Assembly: GCA_018826295.1 (NCBI GenBank)
Contig: JAHJZX010000040.1
Coordinates: 79,688-143,687 of the forward strand
Length of the DNA stretch: 64,000 bases
Reading direction: 5' to 3'
Source of the DNA: Gammaproteobacteria bacterium
GTDB lineage: Bacteria; Pseudomonadota; Gammaproteobacteria; Enterobacterales; Alteromonadaceae
Shown here: in pieces, positions 56,922 through 64,000 of the stretch
Position numbering within the stretch: the first letter of the stretch is position 1
How the letters are laid out: every line of letters begins with the position of its first letter
Translations under genes and position numbers: made by a program
Notes under the pieces: generated by a model
What the model saw: the letters and a program-made list of their open reading frames with translations, nothing else
Told to the model about the DNA's origin: nothing
The model's database searches: none

Positions 56922-58305
56922 TCTTCAAATTTAATAACAAATGATGTTGATAGTAGGCGTCATAATGGCCAATCACATCTGAGAACACCTTAATTGCTGG
57001 CGCAGCGTTTTTCAGCTCCTTTGCTGCAGCAAGCTGCTGTGCCCAGTTTTTTCTCTTTTTATCTAAGCCAATAGCCATCTTGGACATCAAACTTAACTGC
57101 TCAGCGCTGCCAGGACAAATCTTCTCAGCCAAACTTGCCCAAAACTGCTCCAAAAGTTCACGACTGGGCACCTCTTTGCCTTTTCGCCATGCTTTTAAGG
57201 TGTTGTAACATCGATCAGCCTCTGTCTCTGCAGACGAATGTGATACATCATTGTTTAGGGGAATATATCTGGCCATTTCACGAACAGATAATTGAACGAC
57301 GTTCTTCGATATTACATCGTGTACTTCATCCAAAAACTCGCCGAAACAGGTTGTTGTTTTTGCTTCCTCATCATTTTTTTGCGAAAACCGGGTAAGCGCC
57401 CTACACAACAACCCTTTCTTACGCGTTAAATCAGATTGATCAGCTCGATAAGTTAGTACACAACCCACTTCATAGCTGGCCATCAGCTGCAGATAGAAAT
57501 CAAGATATACAAAACAATGCGCCCTAAGAAATGCAGTTATAGCCTCGTCACCAACCAAGTTGCCAGATGCATGCAAAACAAAACCCTGCTCATAGGCCTG
57601 CAATTCATCGTGAGGTACTAAAGAGTGCTTTTGCCAGTGTGGCAACATCAGTTTCACTATGGCGACAGAGTCATTTTTCGTCACTTCGCCGCTTTTGATA
57701 AGTTCGTTTATTTGACGACGCATTAAAATATCAGCATCACATCGCTGCAGTATAAAATCCATTTGAGGTTGATATTCAGATGCAAACTCAGACTGCTGAT
57801 AGGCCTTACTACAACGCATGCCACCAATAAAAGACCACCAATGTCCTGCACTGGAGAGCTCGCGGGATCCGCGCTCGAGCAATTCACGGGAAAACGCATC
57901 GCATCGGGAAGAAAAGTCAGCGAATGAAGGCCGAAGCCAATCTATAAATTTTTTTGCGGTGGGATAACCCACACCACCGTTAAACATCTCAAACCTGCTG
58001 CTTCGACCAATTGGCATTGGGCGTCCAAAACCATTTTCCAGAATGTCGAACATCTGCTTGATTGGGATGCCGAGTATGTAATCTATACTTTTTTCAATTG
58101 AAGGTAAGAAAAAGCCCTCGTTACCGAAATGGTTAAGACGGAACTTCGATTTTTCTTTACGCATGCCCTCTGAACTCGATTCAAGATCAGCGAATAAGTC
58201 CATAACTCCCGATGGATCTGCAGTGATAACTGCGCAGTCGCCAGCATCGCTATTGCCCGTTAGTTCATGTGCATGCTGTAAATTAGTTTTAGATTCTTTA
58301 TTCAA
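56917..58305 (-). CDS. Hypothetical protein with possible HTH-like segments (start uncertain)
   Basis: 462-codon ORF in an AT-rich island; YNTLKAWRKGKEVPSRELL resembles an XRE recognition helix. Confidence 0.7.
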   Translation of the reverse strand: MNKESKTNLQHAHELTGNSDAGDCAVITADPSGVMDLFADLESSSEGMRKEKSKFRLNHFGNEGFFLPSIEKSIDYILGIPIKQMFDILENGFGRPMPIGRSSRFEMFNGGVGYPTAKKFIDWLRPSFADFSSRCDAFSRELLERGSRELSSAGHWWSFIGGMRCSKAYQQSEFASEYQPQMDFILQRCDADILMRRQINELIKSGEVTKNDSVAIVKLMLPHWQKHSLVPHDELQAYEQGFVLHASGNLVGDEAITAFLRAHCFVYLDFYLQLMASYEVGCVLTYRADQSDLTRKKGLLCRALTRFSQKNDEEAKTTTCFGEFLDEVHDVISKNVVQLSVREMARYIPLNNDVSHSSAETEADRCYNTLKAWRKGKEVPSRELLEQFWASLAEKICPGSAEQLSLMSKMAIGLDKKRKNWAQQLAAAKELKNAAPAIKVFSDVIGHYDAYYQHHLLLNLKK

Positions 58306-58351
58306 TGCCAGCTTTCCTTGCCCGACTTTTCAAACATGAAAAATATTGATG

Positions 58352-59248
58352 TTAAAGCCCGACTTCACGCTCATCTACTTCCACCTTCCGCACTACCGCT
58401 TCGCGCTCCAGGATAAACAATTGGTTAATCAGCAGGAACTCGCGAATGGCATCTGCTGGGGTGGTTTCATTTTCTTTGTGGGCGCGGCTATTACGGTAAG
58501 CCATGTAAACTGCGCTAAATAGCGAGGCCCTGCCATTAGCTTCGGCTTGTGGAAGGTCAGGCCAATAAAGCGGCGCGTCTTTAGCCTGGAATGCTTGAGA
58601 AAATAACTTAGCGCCATTTTCGCCATCCAGTCCCGTTCTTTTGCGAATAGTATCTTCCAGGCGTTTGTAGCAGGTCATCAGGTTTGCATCTAAGTTGTAC
58701 TTCAAATCTATCGCTTGCTCCATAATGCGGTTATCAACGATGTAGTAAGGTATTTCTTTGGCAAACAGGCTTTTTACCAACGTATCGTCGTAAAGGCGGT
58801 GGTCATCTCTTAGTAAAATAAAATCGTAGTAGCGAATTGGATGCACCGGGAACTGAGCTTTGAGCGTGTCTAAGTCTGCTTGGGTCAGGCAGGAACTATC
58901 AACTCTTTCAATAAGGCTTTTATCAACGGCATATTCTTCAATAGCGATATTGTGGCGAATTAGAATTTGCAGCGCACTGGATAGCCCGTGCGGCCCCTCA
59001 CCACCATAACCAGATGCAAAGCCAGATTTTATCGCGATAGGGTCGCCAAATTCGGCGAACAACAAAAAGCAGTGGGTACCGCAGCCAGATTTGCTATCGA
59101 AATCGGAGAGTAAGTAGGCTTTTTCAAATTTATCGCCGGCCTGAATCGCCATGGTTAGCGCCCGTAAGCAGCGAGCAGTAATGCCAGCAGTGCCGTAATA
59201 CTCAATACCGGCTAAGTCTTTTATTTTCAACTTTTGGTCTATAAACAT
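58352..59248 (-). CDS. TIGR02391/Ymh family protein with HEPN-type RxxxxH motif
   Basis: LE..IRKRTGL..G.KL...AF, C-terminal YRNSRAH; N-terminal IAIKSGFASGYGGEGPHG domain; start moved to MFIDQ. Confidence 0.75.
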   Translation of the reverse strand: MFIDQKLKIKDLAGIEYYGTAGITARCLRALTMAIQAGDKFEKAYLLSDFDSKSGCGTHCFLLFAEFGDPIAIKSGFASGYGGEGPHGLSSALQILIRHNIAIEEYAVDKSLIERVDSSCLTQADLDTLKAQFPVHPIRYYDFILLRDDHRLYDDTLVKSLFAKEIPYYIVDNRIMEQAIDLKYNLDANLMTCYKRLEDTIRKRTGLDGENGAKLFSQAFQAKDAPLYWPDLPQAEANGRASLFSAVYMAYRNSRAHKENETTPADAIREFLLINQLFILEREAVVRKVEVDEREVGL

Positions 59249-59308
59249 ATTTATCAACTCACAGAAACTGATGCTCCGACAATGCTGCGTCGTTTTAAGG
59301 TGTTAAAT

Positions 59309-59623
59309 CTAAACGCGGCAGTAAATTAGCCATCCAAGGTTCTGCACTTTAGTACCTTGTTGCACCAGCCGTGCGTCTGTTTTTAACTGACCTAAACGCA
59401 GTAAGTCTGCAGCCGGTTCAACCGCAATAACCTGACAACCCTGCTGCGCCAGCCACAACGCATCACGGCCGCTACCAGCACCAATATCCAGCACAAGTTG
59501 TTGTTGCCCACTCTGTGGCCAATAGGCACTCCAACAGGCATGCACCTGCTCAAAGCTCAGTGCATCGTATTGGGTAGCAAATAATTCAGCGCCCTGATGG
59601 TAAATATCAACGGTTTTGCTCAT
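59309..59623 (-). pseudogene. 3'-truncated class I SAM methyltransferase
   Basis: VLDIGAGSGRDALWLAQQG, VIAVEPA motifs present; ORF ends after 104 aa, before the later MTase motifs. Confidence 0.75.
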
Positions 59624-59769
59624 GCCGTGGGCTTAGGCCTTAAAGTGGTTGGGTAGTGTTGTAGCAATAATTTATAAATCAGGCAATGCCGCGCTAATTC
59701 AGAGCGTCAAACGATGTTGATTGAATTCGCGATGATATTGCAAATTGGACTTCCCCTACAACACTAGAC

Positions 59770-59798
59770 ACTGCCTCAATTTAATAAATTGAGGCAGT
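59770..59798. terminator. Long perfect hairpin near the right island edge
   Basis: ACTGCCTCAATTT-AAT-AAATTGAGGCAGT. Confidence 0.55.
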
Positions 59799-59856
59799 CA
59801 GCAGATTATGGTGGCAAATTTGGACGACGTTAAACGGCATGCGTTTTGAGCTGCCG

Positions 59857-60204
59857 TTAACTCGCATTCTTGTAAGCTAACAACGCAACGCTGCCATCGT
59901 TTAACCATTCAATGTGCAACTGGCCGGCACTGAGTAGCAGGCGCCCTTCGCGGTTTGGCCGGATACGCTGGCGCTTGCGTTGTTCTACCAGGTTATCGAG
60001 CAGTTCTAACATGGCGCCTTTTACGCCTGACTGTTTTAGTATTTGGTTGTCGGCTTCGGCCAGGTGCCAGGCGGTAGCGGTTAACATGGGCGAATTGGCT
60101 TCGGCGACAAAGCTGATACTGCCGCTGATGTGTTGTAATAGGGGGTAGTTGTGACGCAGGGCTTCCAGGCACTGCTGCTCAAGCAGGATGACATCATTAT
60201 CCAT
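59857..60204 (-). CDS. Hypothetical protein
   Basis: 115 aa, AAGGAG RBS. Confidence 0.7.
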   Translation of the reverse strand: MDNDVILLEQQCLEALRHNYPLLQHISGSISFVAEANSPMLTATAWHLAEADNQILKQSGVKGAMLELLDNLVEQRKRQRIRPNREGRLLLSAGQLHIEWLNDGSVALLAYKNAS

Positions 60205-60338
60205 AGCTTTCTCCTTAGGCTCTGTTTCAGTGTAGCCAGATTAATGGCTAGCAACAGCTCTGAACAGTGAGAATATTTTTTATATGTACGTTAAGCATAT
60301 GGATGGCAGATTAACTTAGCGGAAAACGTTATCCGCTT

Positions 60339-60761
60339 TTACTGCAGCGCCAGCTTAAACCAGTCGAGCTGGCTTTCGGTTACCTTGCTGGCCTGGCCTA
60401 TCATATTTAGTACTGCTATAAGATCCTGATTTTCTTCGTTATCCAGTAGCTTTTTTACTCCCAGACTCCAGCGCGAGAAATCCCGTTGTGTTATCGGCTT
60501 GCGTAACAGCAGCCGCGCATTAGTGTGGCGTTTATCGCGGCAGATACTGGCATACAGTGCATCAACTATTGCCGCTTCGCCCTCCAGATACTGTAAAAAG
60601 TAATGCTCGGTAAACAATAAGGCACCGGTAATGTTACGCCGGTGATTATTGTGTTCAGCGCGCAGCTTTATTTTATTAATAGCCGCCTCATCAGTGTTAG
60701 CGCAGCGCTCACTAAGATACACCAACTGGATTTCGTCTTTGCTTATGGCCTGGCTTGTCAC
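60339..60761 (-). CDS. Stand-alone BLUF-domain protein
   Basis: LVYLS, NN...NITGALL, FLQYLEG, D.RH, F..WSL. Confidence 0.9.
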   Translation of the reverse strand: MTSQAISKDEIQLVYLSERCANTDEAAINKIKLRAEHNNHRRNITGALLFTEHYFLQYLEGEAAIVDALYASICRDKRHTNARLLLRKPITQRDFSRWSLGVKKLLDNEENQDLIAVLNMIGQASKVTESQLDWFKLALQ

Positions 60762-60967
60762 GGTGCTTTTCCTTTAGCATGTTAGCTTCTGTTATAGCGC
60801 CGGCGCTGTGACAAAGCAATGCGACAATTGACTAATACCACAACGTAGCAAAGCCGCTAAACCTGCAGGCTGGATCTGGCCCTGCTTTTTCTGCCAAACT
60901 GGCTCTTTTGGCCGCTGAGCTGCTGTGCGATTGTCAGGTTGATGTATTTACAGCCAGAGTTAGCGCA

Positions 60968-62758
60968 ATGCCTAGATGCCTTTTTGCTGCAGTAGTGGCT
61001 TTGTTATGCCCGATAGCAGTTGCTAACACGCTTTTTGTCAGGGCGGCAGAACCCGAGTCTGCTAGCGGTCAGCGCCTGCCTGGCAATGGTGCGGTATCAC
61101 GCAGTGGTCTCAGTTATAGCCAGCTTACCGGTACCGGCAGTATCAGCCTGCAAAATTACAGCCAGTACGCTTTGCCCGCTAATGCCGCCAACCCGCTGAA
61201 CCAGTTTAGCGGCACCTTAACCCTGAGCATCGTCAACGGTACTTTAACCGAGCAAGGCACCGCGCTGGCCGGCAGTTACACCAACCCAAACCGCTTACCG
61301 GATTTTAGCTTTCAGTTTATCCAGCATGGCACTCACTTAATACCGTTGCAGCGCCAGCTGATTGCCACCAGCCATCCGTCGTGGGAATATTTGTTACTGC
61401 CCGGCCGGGTATGGCAGGAAAACGGCGACAATGGTTATAGCCGCGTGTCGCTGCCGTTTGCTTTACAGGAAGTAAACGCCAACTGCACCCACAATGGTGT
61501 GATGACGTTTTTATTTAAAGACGATGGCAGTGTGTCGAAACTGGCCTACCAGATAGCGCAGGAAACCTGTCAGTACTTTAAATTTAACCTGCATGGCAAA
61601 GTGAATGCCAGTTACCAAAGTGCCGTTATCAGTAACGCCGCCGCGATTAAAACCGCCTATGAGCAGGAACTTGCCGCACGGCTGCCGGTGAAACCGCTGA
61701 GTGCGCTGGCCAGCGACTACCCGCAAGCCGGTGTTGTCATTGCCAATATCGGCTCCGACCAAAGCAGCAGCCATTTATCGGCCTATGGCGTGTACTACAA
61801 CGGCGTGCACTATGCCGGCAACTGTGCCACCCGCCAGGGCGACTATCCGTTTTGTCAGCAGCTGGTGTTGCCATCCTACTCTACAGCAAAATCGGTAGTT
61901 GCCGGCTTTGGCTTAATGCGGCTGGAGCAGAAGTACAGCGGTACCCAGCGCAACCTGGCGATAAGTAGCTATGTCAGTGAGTGTGCCGCCAGAGGCTGGG
62001 CCGACGTTAGTTTTGGCCAGACACTGGATATGGCTACCGGCAACTACAACTCAGCCGGTGCCTCAGTGGATGAAGGCGCCCAAAGCACCATCGACAATTT
62101 CTTTCTGGTCGGCAGCCATCAGTTAAAAATACAGCATGCCTGTGGCTATCCGCGTAAAGCTGCGCCTGGCAGTCAGTTCGCCTATCACAGCTCTGACAGC
62201 TATATCTTAAGCCGCGCCATGCAACAATATTACCGCAGCCTGGCCGGCAGCAATGCCGACTATTACACCGACCTGCTGGTAAACGACTTATGGCAACCGC
62301 TGCAACTAAGCCCGCTAACCTATAACAGCAAACGCACCTACGATGCAGTTGCACAGCCCTGGGCCGGCTATGGCCTGAGCTTTATCAGCGACGATTTAAT
62401 TAAACTGGGCCGCTTCGCATACGAGCAACAGGGCAAGATTAACGGCCAGCAGCTGCTGGATGCCAGTATGCTGCAGGATGCAATGCAGCTTGGCAGTAAT
62501 GGCGGCCTGAGTACTGAATCAGGAAATGGCACAGCCAGCAGCCGCTATCGCTATGGCTTCTGGGGTTATGATTTAAGTGATTTCACTCAGGTAAATTGCA
62601 CCAACCCCAGCTGGGTGCCTTATATGTCGGGCTTCGGCGGCATAGGTGTGGTGATGTTGCCTAACCAGATGGTGTATTACTATGTCAGCGACAACAGCGA
62701 GTACGGCTTTACCAAAACGGTAAAAGAGCTGGCGAAAATCAGCCCGGTTTGCAGTTAA
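60968..62758 (+). CDS. Secreted serine hydrolase of beta-lactamase fold with long N-terminal extension
   Basis: SxxK (STAK), YxS (YHS), SGFGG; signal peptide; start moved to MPRCL. Confidence 0.7.
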   Translation: MPRCLFAAVVALLCPIAVANTLFVRAAEPESASGQRLPGNGAVSRSGLSYSQLTGTGSISLQNYSQYALPANAANPLNQFSGTLTLSIVNGTLTEQGTALAGSYTNPNRLPDFSFQFIQHGTHLIPLQRQLIATSHPSWEYLLLPGRVWQENGDNGYSRVSLPFALQEVNANCTHNGVMTFLFKDDGSVSKLAYQIAQETCQYFKFNLHGKVNASYQSAVISNAAAIKTAYEQELAARLPVKPLSALASDYPQAGVVIANIGSDQSSSHLSAYGVYYNGVHYAGNCATRQGDYPFCQQLVLPSYSTAKSVVAGFGLMRLEQKYSGTQRNLAISSYVSECAARGWADVSFGQTLDMATGNYNSAGASVDEGAQSTIDNFFLVGSHQLKIQHACGYPRKAAPGSQFAYHSSDSYILSRAMQQYYRSLAGSNADYYTDLLVNDLWQPLQLSPLTYNSKRTYDAVAQPWAGYGLSFISDDLIKLGRFAYEQQGKINGQQLLDASMLQDAMQLGSNGGLSTESGNGTASSRYRYGFWGYDLSDFTQVNCTNPSWVPYMSGFGGIGVVMLPNQMVYYYVSDNSEYGFTKTVKELAKISPVCS

Positions 62759-62884
62759 GCTGCAAATTCGGCGGCTGGCGGACGGCAGCGCAACTGGCTC
62801 TGTCCGCCGGCCAAAACTGGCTCTGTTGCCGGCAGTAAAAGCTGATAGGCTAAGGTAACAAATATAATAAAAGGCGAAGCCGCT

Positions 62885-64000
62885 ATGACGCAGCCACACA
62901 CACTTAACGCCACAGCCAGTAACCGCTTTAGTCTGTTGCCGGTAGCCGCCGACAGCCATCTGGCACGGCTGATGCTGGCCTTTCTGGCCACGGCCGGCTT
63001 ATTTTACGTCAATATTATGCCGGCGCTGGTATCCGGCTTAATTGACGGCCGCGGTTTTAGCGCCCGCGACGCCGGGCTGATTGGCTCCTGCAATGTCTAC
63101 GGTGCTGCCGTTGGCGCTTTTATTGCCATCTTTCTGGTGAAAAAACTGCCATGGAAAGCCGCTTGCACCGGCCTACTGTTACTGTTGATCGGCCTCGATT
63201 TAATCTCCATGCTACTGACTAACCCACTGCCGATGATGTTGCTGCGCGCTTTGCACGGCCTGACCGGCGGCCTGCTGGTTGGTATAGCTTTTGCCGTAAT
63301 GGCGCGCTGCGGCCAGGTGCATAAAGCCTTTGGTATGTTACTGCTGGTGCAGTTTGGCCTGGGCGGTCTGGGGGTAATGTTGTTGCCCCCACTGGTGCCG
63401 CTGTTTGGCTCCTGGGTGTTGTTTATGGCGCTGATCGCTTTTAGCCTGAGCGCTTTGCTGATGCTGGCTTTTTTACCGGCTTATCCGCTATTGCCGCTTG
63501 CCACTCAGCACGGCGCCGCGCCAGTGCAGTACCGGCCGTTACTGGCCGCTATTTTGGCCATTTTTTTATTTCAGGCCGCCAATATGGCGCTGTATGCCTA
63601 CATTATTGAGCTGGGCGAGCAGGCCGGTTTAACCTTAAACATCATTTCACCGGCGCTGGGGGTATCGGCCTGGCTGGGGCTGCTGGGCTCGGTGCTGGTG
63701 ATCTGGCTGTCTACCCGCCTTGGCCGGGCGCTGCCGGTTTTTATCAGCATTATCATCACCGCGGCTGCAACTTACGCCCTGCACTACAGTGCCAGCGCTA
63801 CTATTTTCTGGCTGGCGAATCTGGCGGTGGGCGTAACCTGGGCCTTTAGCATTGCTTATCTGCTGGGCATTTGTGCCGAGTTCGACCGGGCCGGACAGAT
63901 GGCCGCACTGGGCGGCTTTGCCTCAAAAATGGGCCTGGCCAGTGGCCCGTTATTTGCCGCGCTGGTGATTGACGGCGGCAGCTACAGCGGGCTGATTAAT
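62885..64000 (+). CDS. MFS transporter (3' partial, absent from ORF track)
   Basis: MTQPHTL...LAFLATAGLFYVNIMPALV...; open frame of TM helices to the window end. Confidence 0.85.
   Translation, partial: MTQPHTLNATASNRFSLLPVAADSHLARLMLAFLATAGLFYVNIMPALVSGLIDGRGFSARDAGLIGSCNVYGAAVGAFIAIFLVKKLPWKAACTGLLLLLIGLDLISMLLTNPLPMMLLRALHGLTGGLLVGIAFAVMARCGQVHKAFGMLLLVQFGLGGLGVMLLPPLVPLFGSWVLFMALIAFSLSALLMLAFLPAYPLLPLATQHGAAPVQYRPLLAAILAIFLFQAANMALYAYIIELGEQAGLTLNIISPALGVSAWLGLLGSVLVIWLSTRLGRALPVFISIIITAAATYALHYSASATIFWLANLAVGVTWAFSIAYLLGICAEFDRAGQMAALGGFASKMGLASGPLFAALVIDGGSYSGLIN

Larger units (their letters stand above)
45715..59800. mobile_element. Integrase-less genomic island / conflict-gene hotspot at the yicC 3' end (right boundary approximate)
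   Basis: Begins at the yicC stop; duplicated yicC 3' end; visibly more AT-rich; TA, nuclease and effector cargo; gene remnants. Confidence 0.8.

Noticed and set aside
59654-59766. Retron msr-msd (a1/a2-like inverted repeats)
   Set aside because: No reverse transcriptase gene in the window; kept only as a generic inverted-repeat element
1-64000. CRISPR array, tRNA, rRNA, integrase or transposase
   Set aside because: No regularly spaced repeat-spacer array, cloverleaf, rRNA-like tract, or recombinase/DDE motif was seen

Overview
Chromosomal window from a gammaproteobacterium. Gene order (mutM-rpmG-rpmB-radC-coaBC-dut-slmA-dgkA-pyrE-rph-yicC) and protein style suggest Alteromonadales/Rheinheimera-like, but the taxon is an inference. 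Region 1-45.7 kb is mostly core or semi-core. It encodes several secreted peptidases (M16, S10, S9), an iron-homeostasis block (Fur-boxed MnSOD+ZIP operon, two divergent small genes, a two-subunit bacterioferritin pair), and a sphingomyelinase-like gene followed by a foldase-like gene. It also holds a Fur-boxed DUF4198/EF-hand/TonB-receptor/TonB-ExbBD operon, a TPP-riboswitch thiamine salvage operon, an MCP, a CDF transporter, a GGDEF-EAL protein, an M15-SH3 peptidase, a transglutaminase-like protein with an in-frame VNTR, and mgtE with a candidate leader-peptide attenuator. From the 3' end of yicC (45.7 kb) to about 59.8 kb lies a visibly more AT-rich, integrase-less island packed with conflict genes. 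These are Fic, two different AbiE-type toxin-antitoxin (TA) pairs, an orphan Phd-like gene, HipBA, a Tme/DUF1240-like effector-immunity operon, a SAM methyltransferase (MTase), an SBD-HNH-like nuclease, two tiny unannotated ORFs, and a HEPN-motif TIGR02391 gene with an unknown partner. The island's left part is bracketed by a 157-bp direct repeat containing the yicC 3' end. No rRNA, tRNA, CRISPR array, integrase or intact transposase was found. All family assignments come from motif recognition by eye; no database searches were run.
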